A DNA stretch of 64,000 nt from an uncultured Aminicenantes bacterium (lineage in GTDB: Bacteria > Acidobacteriota > Aminicenantia > UBA2199). The stretch spans positions 64,001 to 128,000 of the forward strand of contig CBDAFS010000062.1 in assembly GCA_965195285.1 (NCBI GenBank), read 5' to 3'. The position numbers were made by a program, and so were the translations under genes. Of the stretch, positions 37,299 to 46,240 are shown in pieces. Positions within the stretch are counted from its first letter, which is position 1. Each line of letters opens with the position of its first letter. The notes under the pieces are model-generated. The model searched no databases and was not told the origin of the DNA. It was given only the letters and a program-made list of their open reading frames with translations.

Positions 37299-39380
37299 AT
37301 GGAGGGATTTTCTGAAAATGCCTTAAAAATTTTAAGGGCCAGATATTTTAAAAAAAACGAAAATGGCGAACTGATAGAAAAGAAACCCTCTGATTTATTC
37401 AAAAGAGTCTCAAAATACATTTCCCGGGCTGAAAAAAGCCAAGCGGATAGAAAACTCTGGGAAAAAAAGTTTTTTGAGGTCATGATGCAACGGGATTTTA
37501 TGCCCAATTCCCCAACCCTGACCGGTGCAGATCGGGGCATGTGTCTCTCGGCCTGTTTTGTGCTGCCCATAAAGGATTCGCTGGACGATATTTTCCAAAC
37601 CGTAAAAAACGCAGCCCTGGTTCATAAAGAAGGCGGAGGAACCGGCTTTGATTTTTCCCGAATCAGGCCCCAGGGCAGCTTTGTCAGAAAAACCCAGGGA
37701 ATCGCCTCTGGACCCATTTCATTTCTGAAGGTAATAGATGCGGGCACAGAAGCGGTCAAACAGGGTGGAACCCGGCGGGGCGCCAATATGGGCATATTAA
37801 GAGTCGATCATCCGGATATCAAGGAATTTATTACCATGAAACTGGATGGGAAAACCGCTCAGAATTTTAATATTTCAGTGGCCATAACCGACAAATTCAT
37901 TAAGGCCATAAAAGAAAAAACCACCTATGACCTGGTCGATCCCATGACCGGGAAAGTAACAGGGAGTATGGAACCGGAGGAAATTTTCAATTTGATTGTT
38001 GATTCTGCCTGGCGGAATGGGGATCCGGGCCTGATTTTTATCGATAAGATCAACCAGTTGAATCCCACCCGGGCCCAGGGGCCGATACGAGCCACCAATC
38101 CCTGTGGTGAACAACCACTCCATGACTACGAATCCTGCAATCTGGGCTCGATCAATATTTCAAATTTTTTTCATTCAGCCAAAAAAGACAAGTTCGACTG
38201 GGACCGGTTCCGGGAGATTATCACACTGGGTATCCGCTTTCTGGATAATGTCATTGACATAAATATTTATCCGCTACCCCAAATCGAAAACATGGCCAAA
38301 TCGAATCGCCGAATCGGATTGGGGATCATGGGGTTTGCAGACTTATTGATAAAAATGGAGTTCAAATACGATACGGAACCCGCCCGAAAAATTGGCAGGA
38401 AAATCATCAAATTCCTCAAGGAAGAATCAGGAGCGGCCTCTGCTGCCCTGGCCGAAGAACGCGGATCTTTCCCCAACATTAAGCAATCAATTTATCAGGG
38501 GGGAAAAATGCGGAATGCAGCCCTGCTGACCATAGCACCGACCGGTACCATATCCAGGATTGCGGGATGTTCTTCCAGTATCGAACCGATTTTTGCCTTT
38601 AAAATGATCTCAAAAATTCTGGATGGCGAGATCAAGGACCTCCATCCCCTGTACCAGCAATGGGAAGACAAACATCCCGGAGAGCCACACCCCAACTGGT
38701 TTATTGTGGCCAAGGACATATCACCGTTCGACCATCTCAAAATGCAGGAAGTCTTTCAACAATATGTGGATAGTGCCGTTTCCAAAACCATAAATTTCCC
38801 CAATGAAGCCAGCCGGGAAGATATTGCCGACTCCTATCTCAAAGCGTTTGATATGAAAACCAAGGGGATTACCGTTTACCGGGACGGCTGCCGGTCAATA
38901 CAGGTGCTCAACAAAGAGAAGGAAGACAAACCACAACCCCTGGGAAGACCGGATGCACTCCCCTCAACCACCCATAAAATTTCAACCGGCCTGGGAAGGC
39001 TTTATATTACCATTTCACACTTTAACGGAATTCCATTCGAGGTTTTCTGCTCTATCGGCAAAAGCGGTTATTCGACCATGGCAGATGCCGAGGCTATCGG
39101 ACGACTGGCCTCCCTCTCCCTTAGAAGCGGAATCTCCGCTGTCAAGGTAGTCAACCAGTTGAAGGGAATCGGAGGTTCGGAACCCACTTTTCACAACGGG
39201 GCTCTGATTCAATCGATTCCAGATGCCATTGCCCACGCCCTGGAATCGCATATTGGAGAAGTTACCATCAACAAACAGGATCTGAACACCATTTCCTGCC
39301 CGATGTGCGGGGCATCACTTCCGGATGAAAAATGCCCTACCTGTCCCAACTGTGCCTGGACTCGCTGTTCAGGTACCTGA
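37299..39380 (+). CDS. nrdJ: Class II (B12-dependent) ribonucleotide reductase with C-terminal TSCPD-like domain and Zn ribbon
   Basis: PNSPTL, LSACFV, QGGTRRGANM, TNPCGEQ, ESCNLGS, TIAPTGT, SIPD, CPMC..CPNC. Confidence 0.95.
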   Translation: MEGFSENALKILRARYFKKNENGELIEKKPSDLFKRVSKYISRAEKSQADRKLWEKKFFEVMMQRDFMPNSPTLTGADRGMCLSACFVLPIKDSLDDIFQTVKNAALVHKEGGGTGFDFSRIRPQGSFVRKTQGIASGPISFLKVIDAGTEAVKQGGTRRGANMGILRVDHPDIKEFITMKLDGKTAQNFNISVAITDKFIKAIKEKTTYDLVDPMTGKVTGSMEPEEIFNLIVDSAWRNGDPGLIFIDKINQLNPTRAQGPIRATNPCGEQPLHDYESCNLGSINISNFFHSAKKDKFDWDRFREIITLGIRFLDNVIDINIYPLPQIENMAKSNRRIGLGIMGFADLLIKMEFKYDTEPARKIGRKIIKFLKEESGAASAALAEERGSFPNIKQSIYQGGKMRNAALLTIAPTGTISRIAGCSSSIEPIFAFKMISKILDGEIKDLHPLYQQWEDKHPGEPHPNWFIVAKDISPFDHLKMQEVFQQYVDSAVSKTINFPNEASREDIADSYLKAFDMKTKGITVYRDGCRSIQVLNKEKEDKPQPLGRPDALPSTTHKISTGLGRLYITISHFNGIPFEVFCSIGKSGYSTMADAEAIGRLASLSLRSGISAVKVVNQLKGIGGSEPTFHNGALIQSIPDAIAHALESHIGEVTINKQDLNTISCPMCGASLPDEKCPTCPNCAWTRCSGT

Positions 39381-39420
39381 AGCAGAAACCTTTCATTTCG
39401 ACCGAAACTGGAAAAGAAAT

Positions 39421-40746
39421 TTAATAGAGTTTGGCTCCGGCTTCCAGAGCCTGTATGTTTATGTCGGCAATTTGGGGACTCTGGTGGGTGGTAATGGCTT
39501 TTTTCAGGGCCTCTAACGGAAATATTTCACTGTATCGGATCAATACGGCCAGGGCTACAATACCCACTGAAAAACGATTGATTTTTCTGGCTGTTTTCAG
39601 GAAGGGAAATGTAAACACACTGGCCTTGGTTTCAGGCAATTCCAATGAACTGTCGGCAAGCAACTTGCAGTTTTCCGGAAGCTTTTCAATTCTACTCCTG
39701 GACACCTCCAATCCTTCTTCGGAGATCAATAAAATATAATTGGGCGATTCAATGGCATTATAGTTAATCGGTTCAGGAGAAATCACCAGCTCCGAGATTG
39801 AATGGCCGGTCATTACGGTAATGGGGTAATCATCTTTTTGAGTTACTTCCAGACCACTGTACATAGAAGCCAGGGCAAACATGGTGGCTGCGGATCTGAT
39901 TTTTTGGCCGGCGCTGCCGGAAATAATGAATCCTTTTTTTTCATTGAGCGTATTGGTAAATTTTGTCTTAATGGTCGGTTTGCTTTTGAGAAGTTCTTTA
40001 TTGTTCTGGCTCTGTTCATGATATAGGACGCTGAATTCCGGACGCGGATTGTCGGCTATCAATCCCAGCTTAAAATGGTTGCGGTCAATGATATCAAACA
40101 GATCCTTCCGTTTCAGCTTATTACGGGGAGAATAATAGGCCGTGCAAAGTTCCCAGATGTCCAGCATGGCAAATCCCGGCTGACTGATCGCCCGGGCTAT
40201 AACTTCGGACAGGTCCTGGTCAAAAACAGTACCCCGGTAAACCCAGGGAGCCCCGGCAGCAGTGGCCGTGGCACACAAATCCATAGGCGCTTCCAAATTA
40301 CCCAGGGGAGTGGTGGAGGTTTTTCCACCGGCCGGGGTGGTCACTGAATGCTGCCCGCCGGTCATTCCGTAATTTAGATTGTTAGCTACCAAAAGCTTGA
40401 TCCCGATATTGCGCCTGGAGACGTTGAGCAGGTGGGCACCTCCGATCCCGCATCCTCCATCTCCCTGCAGTACAATCACGTTTAAATCCGGGCGGGCCAA
40501 CTTCAAGCCGCAGCCGTAGGTGATGGAGCGGCCGTGCAGGCCGTGAAAGGCATTGGTGCTAAAGTAACGGTCAGCCAAACCGATACAACCGATATCGGTA
40601 ACAATAACAATTTTTTTGGGATCCAGTTGCAGCCTAATCAGGGCCTTATCCAAGGCATTGACCAACACGGTATGACCACACCCGGGACAAAAGGGAAGAA
40701 AGCCGAACTTGTTGTTCCGGTAGCTGGTGTACTTGGCTTCACTCAT
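39421..40746 (-). CDS. 2-oxoacid:ferredoxin oxidoreductase beta-gamma fusion
   Basis: FCPGCGH, DIGC, GDG..NNLNYGMTGGQ (TPP-binding beta), then SGSAGQ...SELVIS gamma domain. Confidence 0.88.
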   Translation of the reverse strand: MSEAKYTSYRNNKFGFLPFCPGCGHTVLVNALDKALIRLQLDPKKIVIVTDIGCIGLADRYFSTNAFHGLHGRSITYGCGLKLARPDLNVIVLQGDGGCGIGGAHLLNVSRRNIGIKLLVANNLNYGMTGGQHSVTTPAGGKTSTTPLGNLEAPMDLCATATAAGAPWVYRGTVFDQDLSEVIARAISQPGFAMLDIWELCTAYYSPRNKLKRKDLFDIIDRNHFKLGLIADNPRPEFSVLYHEQSQNNKELLKSKPTIKTKFTNTLNEKKGFIISGSAGQKIRSAATMFALASMYSGLEVTQKDDYPITVMTGHSISELVISPEPINYNAIESPNYILLISEEGLEVSRSRIEKLPENCKLLADSSLELPETKASVFTFPFLKTARKINRFSVGIVALAVLIRYSEIFPLEALKKAITTHQSPQIADINIQALEAGAKLY

Positions 40747-41867
40747 ACCAGACCCCCTTCCTTTAAAATCATTTCAGGGGAGATCAAGGTGGTATCCATT
40801 TTATTGATCCCAATCACAAGAACATCCCGGGAAACCAGTCTTTCGATTTCATAAACATACTGCCCCAGGTTCATTTCCGGAATCAGAACCTTTTTAATCC
40901 CGTTCAATGCCGATTTAATGTGATTTACCGGAACCGGCCACAGGGTTTGCAGGACCAGTGAGGAGACCTTCATTCGGTGTGAGCGCGCCTGTTTAACCGC
41001 AACTGCCACTGATTTTGAAACAATGCCATAACTGATAATCAGGGTTTCAGCTCCAGGTTCCAGGTCTGTCTTTACCAGTGCCAGTTGGTCTGTGTTTTCA
41101 ACTATTTTTGCACTATAGTGCCGAAGCATTTCCTGGATCATTTGAGGATTATTGGTCAGATAACCGGATTTATCATGGGTGGAAGTAGTAAAACGCACGA
41201 TATGTTCCGCACCTATGTCTGACATCAATGGCACCTCGGCAGGATGGTCGAAATAATGGGGCAGAAATTCCTGATCGGATTTATATTTTTTTCTCTTTCT
41301 CAGAGGTGGTAATTCTACCCGTGTGAGATCGACAGATTCTCTGGTAATAGCCAGTTCCTTGTTGGTCAGCAGAAAAACAGGCGTTCGGTACTTTTCCGCC
41401 ATATTAAAGGCAATATAAGTCAGCTGGTAGGCTTCAACCAAATTGGCCGGATTCAGGGCAATCACCGGTAGTCCGCCAGAGGTTACCCAGCGGATGAATT
41501 GAATATCTCCCTCCGCACCCTTGGTGGCGGACCCGGTAGCCGGACCCTGGCGTTGAACATTCACAATAACCATCGGGGTTTCCCCGATAACCGCCAGGCC
41601 AATATTCTCACTGTATAAGCTGATACCCGGTCCACTGGTAGCTGTCATTACTTTTCGACCAGCCATGGCCGCGGCAATACAAAATCCCATCGAGGCGATT
41701 TCATCCTCAGCCTGAATCGCTATCCCGTCATTCAGGGAGATAAAGTCCATCATATAGTGTAGGATTGAAGAGGCCGGGGTAATGGGGTATCCGGCAAAAA
41801 AATCGCATTTTGCCGCAATGGCACCGCGGGCAATGGCCTCATTGCCTTCAAGAAATTCCCTGCCCAT
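40743..41867 (-). CDS. 2-oxoacid:ferredoxin oxidoreductase alpha subunit
   Basis: GNEAIA, FAGYPITP, QAEDEI, TATSGPG, PEMNLGQ. Confidence 0.92.
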   Translation of the reverse strand: MGREFLEGNEAIARGAIAAKCDFFAGYPITPASSILHYMMDFISLNDGIAIQAEDEIASMGFCIAAAMAGRKVMTATSGPGISLYSENIGLAVIGETPMVIVNVQRQGPATGSATKGAEGDIQFIRWVTSGGLPVIALNPANLVEAYQLTYIAFNMAEKYRTPVFLLTNKELAITRESVDLTRVELPPLRKRKKYKSDQEFLPHYFDHPAEVPLMSDIGAEHIVRFTTSTHDKSGYLTNNPQMIQEMLRHYSAKIVENTDQLALVKTDLEPGAETLIISYGIVSKSVAVAVKQARSHRMKVSSLVLQTLWPVPVNHIKSALNGIKKVLIPEMNLGQYVYEIERLVSRDVLVIGINKMDTTLISPEMILKEGGLV

Positions 41868-41940
41868 GAAGCGTTCTCCCCTTAGCCCTGTCCGATGATT
41901 TCCATAATTTTATAAACCTTCTCCGGGAATTACGGTTTCT

Positions 41941-43203
41941 TCACTTCTTTATAGTCTGATCTCTTTTCATACCCACGGAAACATATCTGACCGGGATCCG
42001 GATGTACTCCTCTATGAACTGAATGTATTCCCTAGCTTTACCCGGTAGGTCCTGATAATTTCTACTGGCTTCGATATTTTCTTTCCAGCCGGAAAAGGAT
42101 TTCGAGACGGTTTTCACGTTTTCCAGGTACTCCAGAGATAGATCAAATATTTGATTTCTGACACCCTCATATTCATAATGGGTAACCACCCGAATCTCAT
42201 CAAAGTCATCCAAAACATCCAGTTTGGTTAAAAAGATCTCGTCAACTCCGTTCACCATAATGGCATACTTCAAGGCCACCAGATCCAGCCATCCCACCCG
42301 CCGGGGCCTGCCGGTAGTGGAACCGTATTCATTGCCCAGCTTCCTTAAATTGTTGGCTTCATCCTCGAACAATTCCGACGGAAAAGGTCCGCCTCCGACC
42401 CTGGTGGTATATGCTTTTGAAATCCCTGTGATTTTATCAACCGCTTTGGGTGACAGGCCGGTGCCGGTAAAAACCCCTCCTACCGTGGAGTTTGATGAGG
42501 TCACAAAGGGATAAGTACCCAGGTTTATATCCAGGAGAGCACCCTGAGCCCCTTCAAAAAGAATGGATCTTCCTTCTGAATACAATTGGTTTAATAAATA
42601 GGTGGTATTGAGGGTATATTTCTGTAAAAATGCCCCGGCCTCCAGATATTCATCCAAATAGGAATCAACCGCAATTTGCTCTCCGTCAAAATACTGCATG
42701 ATTTTATTGTAATAATCATTGAGTGATTTGACCTTCTTAGTAAAAACATCCCTATCCAGCAAATCACGAATGAGCAGGGCCCTTCTGCCCTTTAAATCCT
42801 CATAGGCCGGTCCGATTCCCCGCTTGGTAGTTCCGATCTTGACAAACCTGGAATTTTCAAAGATGACATCCAGTTTCTGATGAACCGGCAGGATCAGGGG
42901 TGCGGCAGCGCTCAAGAAGAGATTATCATCAGCCACCCTCAGATGGTGAAGATTCTTGATTTCTTTGACCAGTTGAATAGGATCCACCACCACCCCGTGG
43001 CCAATGACCGAGATGGTTTTAGAGGTAAAAACTCCGGAAGGCAACAGATGAAGAATTACTTTTTCTCCCTTATAAAAAATGGTATGACCGGCATTATGAC
43101 CGCCCTGATAACGCACCACCACATTGAAAAGATTGGCCAGATAATCAATGGCTTTACCCTTGCCTTCGTCACCCCATTGAAGCCCCAACACCACACCATT
43201 CAT
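41941..43203 (-). CDS. purA: Adenylosuccinate synthetase
   Basis: QWGDEGKGK, GGHNAGHT, GTTKRGIGPAY, TTGRPRRVGW, TKLD. Confidence 0.98.
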   Translation of the reverse strand: MNGVVLGLQWGDEGKGKAIDYLANLFNVVVRYQGGHNAGHTIFYKGEKVILHLLPSGVFTSKTISVIGHGVVVDPIQLVKEIKNLHHLRVADDNLFLSAAAPLILPVHQKLDVIFENSRFVKIGTTKRGIGPAYEDLKGRRALLIRDLLDRDVFTKKVKSLNDYYNKIMQYFDGEQIAVDSYLDEYLEAGAFLQKYTLNTTYLLNQLYSEGRSILFEGAQGALLDINLGTYPFVTSSNSTVGGVFTGTGLSPKAVDKITGISKAYTTRVGGGPFPSELFEDEANNLRKLGNEYGSTTGRPRRVGWLDLVALKYAIMVNGVDEIFLTKLDVLDDFDEIRVVTHYEYEGVRNQIFDLSLEYLENVKTVSKSFSGWKENIEASRNYQDLPGKAREYIQFIEEYIRIPVRYVSVGMKRDQTIKK

Positions 43204-43468
43204 ATTTTTCTCCTTTTTCCAGAACCTATTTTAACCTGTTAAAACCCAATCGAAAATGATTCCCGGATGCATTCCAATCCAGGCATCGGAATTTTAAAGA
43301 CAAATGTGAATTGTATCAGAGAACCCATTACAATGCAACAGAAATGACCGAACTCAGTCTTGACTTCAATGCCGGTTAAATCCTCGGATTTCGACAAACT
43401 GGGATTTACCATGTCTGATTCCTTTATTTTTTTGGTAAAATATTCTATAATGCAAGCTGGAGGATTTA

Positions 43469-44701
43469 ATGCAGTTTCCCGACTTACTCAATAATTTTTT
43501 ACGCTATGTGAAAATCGACACCCAGTCAGACGAAGAATCAACATCTTTCCCTTCCACCAAAAAACAATTCGATCTGGCCACTCTTTTAAAACAAGAGCTT
43601 GAGGAAATGAAACTGGAGAATGTGAAAATCAACAAATGGGGGTATGTTTTTGCAGCCCTCAAAACCAATCAGAGCAAAAAGACACCAACCATTGCCCTCA
43701 TTGCACATCTGGATACCTCCCCGGATGTTTCGGGTAAAAATGTAAAGCCCAAACTCCATAAAAATTACCAGGGTCAGGATGTCATGCTATCTTCAAAAGA
43801 CAATATCATCTTAAAACTGAAGGAAAACCCCTATCTGAAAAAACAAATCGGAAAAACCCTGATTACCACCGATGGGTCTACACTGCTTGGAGCAGACAAC
43901 AAGGCCGGGATTGCGGAAATCATGAGCGCAGTGAATTATCTGAGAAAAAATCCTGGAATCCCCCGACCCAATATTCAGCTATTATTCACTCCCGACGAGG
44001 AAGTCGGCAGGGGAACCGAGAAGCTGAACTTGAAGGATCTAAAAGCAGATTATGCCTATACCATAGACGGAGAAAAACTGGGTGAGATCGAAGATGAAAC
44101 TTTCTGTGCCGACACAGTGGTTATCACCGTCACCGGAGTGAATGTCCATCCGGGGTATGCCAAAAATAAGTTAATCAATTCCATAAAAGTAGCTTCCGAA
44201 ATACTTGAGCGATTTCCAAAAACCTCCATGTCACCGGAAACCACCGAAAAAAGAGAGGGTTATATTCATCCCTACACAATATCCGGGGGAGTCGAAGAAA
44301 CGGTCATAAAGGTCCTGATTCGGGATTTTGGGGAAAGCGGATTGAAAGAAAAGGAATCCCGATTAAAAAAGATCATCGATTCGATAGCCAAAAAACACCC
44401 CAAAGCTTCCATTGGTTTTAAAATCATTGAATCCTACCGAAACATGAAAAGTATACTGGACAAATATCCCGAAGTCCTTGAAAAAGCAATCGATGCTATT
44501 AAACTTGCCGGAATTAAACCGGTTAAAAATATCATCAGAGGCGGAACCGATGGCGCCAGACTGAGTTTTATGGGATTGCCCACTCCCAATTTATTTACCG
44601 GCGGCCTGAATTTCCACTCCCGTTATGAATGGATCACTCTGGAGGACATGCAGAAGGCAACAGAAGTCATCATCCAGCTCATGAAACTCTGGTCACAATA
44701 A
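43469..44701 (+). CDS. pepT: Peptidase T (M20B tripeptidase)
   Basis: FLRYVKIDTQS, AHLDT, LLGADNKAG, PDEEVG, IRGGTDG. Confidence 0.95.
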   Translation: MQFPDLLNNFLRYVKIDTQSDEESTSFPSTKKQFDLATLLKQELEEMKLENVKINKWGYVFAALKTNQSKKTPTIALIAHLDTSPDVSGKNVKPKLHKNYQGQDVMLSSKDNIILKLKENPYLKKQIGKTLITTDGSTLLGADNKAGIAEIMSAVNYLRKNPGIPRPNIQLLFTPDEEVGRGTEKLNLKDLKADYAYTIDGEKLGEIEDETFCADTVVITVTGVNVHPGYAKNKLINSIKVASEILERFPKTSMSPETTEKREGYIHPYTISGGVEETVIKVLIRDFGESGLKEKESRLKKIIDSIAKKHPKASIGFKIIESYRNMKSILDKYPEVLEKAIDAIKLAGIKPVKNIIRGGTDGARLSFMGLPTPNLFTGGLNFHSRYEWITLEDMQKATEVIIQLMKLWSQ

Positions 44702-44740
44702 ACGGAGGAGTTATTGATTTTCCTTCTGTAGAGGTAAAAA

Positions 44741-46228
44741 ATGAATAATGCAATCAACCATATCAAAAATTCCATTGCGTCAGGTCAACCCATTCTTCAA
44801 ATCGTTTCCTATGAAGAAAAAAGAGTTGAAAATTATATGGCCAAAATCGCCGAACAGGTGCTAAAAACTGACAACCTCCTGTTCTGGGATATCAACAATG
44901 GCATCATGGAAAACAACCAGACAGTCAATCAAACCCAGGATCCGGTTCGGGCCATTGACTATTTCATGAATAAAAATACCGACGGAATCATTATCTTCAG
45001 GGATTTGAACCCCCTGATCCGTCAATCACCGGAGATCATCCGAAAACTAAGAGAGGCTTATAAAAAATTAACGAACTCCAAAAAACTGATTATCCTGCTC
45101 TCGCCGGATGGCTACTTTCCCGACAGCATCAAAAAGGAGATCGATATCATCCATTTCGATCTTCCAGATTATGATGAGCTTAAAAATTTATTCTTCAAAT
45201 TTCTGGATTCAATGGAAAAATCCGGGCGCCGTATAAACCTGGATGAAAAGCAAAAAAAGACTTTTATCATAGCGGCCCAGGGGCTGACTCTCGATGAAGC
45301 ATACCGGGCCTTCATGAAAGCCTTTCAGGGGCAAAACAGCATTTCCATTGACCTGGTGAACAAGATCCATCTGGAAAAAAAGCAGCTGATTCTGAAGGAA
45401 GGTGTACTCGAATACTACCCCCATAAATTCACCATGAATGACATGGGGGGACTGGACAATTTGAAAGACTGGCTGAAAAAGAGAGAACGGGCGTTTTCCA
45501 AGGAGGCAAAACAATTCGGGCTGGAAAGACCCCGGGGCATGCTGACCATGGGAATCTCGGGATGCGGAAAAAGTCTTTCATCCAAGATCGTCGCTTCATT
45601 GTGGGATCTGCCCCTGTTCAGGTTGGACATGAACCTGGTGTATTCGGGTATGGGAGGTTCTCCGGAATTGGCCTTCTCCAGAGCTCTGAAAACCATGGAT
45701 TCAGTGGCTCCGGCCATATTGTGGATCGATGAAATCGAGAGTGGCATCACCGACAAACATACAGATAGTGAATCATCCAGGATTCTCGGATATTTTCTAA
45801 CCTGGATGCAGGAACACACCTCTGAAATATTTATTGCGGCCACAGCCAACCGTATCGATATGCTACCGGCCGAGATATTGAGAAGGGGACGGTTTGATCA
45901 GATTTTTTTCATTGACCTGCCCACTCGAAATGAGCGGGAAGAAATTTTCACCATTCACTTGCAGGACAAGGGCAATGATATCAGTCTTTTTAATATTCCC
46001 CAGCTGGCCCAGATCACAAAAGGGTGGTCCGGAAGTGAAATAGAACAGGTTATCATTTCGGGGATGTATGAAGCATTCAATAAAAACCGCAAGCTCAACG
46101 AAGATGACCTGTTTGTGATTTTCGGAAATTCAGTGCCCCTGTCAACCACCATGGAAGAGCAGATAAAGAAAATCCGCAGCTGGGCACATAAACGGGCTGT
46201 GAATGCCTCCAAAGATAAAGAATATTAG
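44741..46228 (+). CDS. Ycf46-like AAA+ ATPase
   Basis: GGLDNLKDWL, GISGCGKS, LWIDEIE, ATAN..LPAEILRRGRFD, IRSWA..RA. Confidence 0.88.
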   Translation: MNNAINHIKNSIASGQPILQIVSYEEKRVENYMAKIAEQVLKTDNLLFWDINNGIMENNQTVNQTQDPVRAIDYFMNKNTDGIIIFRDLNPLIRQSPEIIRKLREAYKKLTNSKKLIILLSPDGYFPDSIKKEIDIIHFDLPDYDELKNLFFKFLDSMEKSGRRINLDEKQKKTFIIAAQGLTLDEAYRAFMKAFQGQNSISIDLVNKIHLEKKQLILKEGVLEYYPHKFTMNDMGGLDNLKDWLKKRERAFSKEAKQFGLERPRGMLTMGISGCGKSLSSKIVASLWDLPLFRLDMNLVYSGMGGSPELAFSRALKTMDSVAPAILWIDEIESGITDKHTDSESSRILGYFLTWMQEHTSEIFIAATANRIDMLPAEILRRGRFDQIFFIDLPTRNEREEIFTIHLQDKGNDISLFNIPQLAQITKGWSGSEIEQVIISGMYEAFNKNRKLNEDDLFVIFGNSVPLSTTMEEQIKKIRSWAHKRAVNASKDKEY

Positions 46229-46240
46229 TTTTTGGTACTC

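Noticed and set aside
43258-43293. Hairpin upstream of purA as a riboswitch
   Set aside because: Single imperfect stem; no purine, ZTP or PRPP aptamer motifs recognisable.
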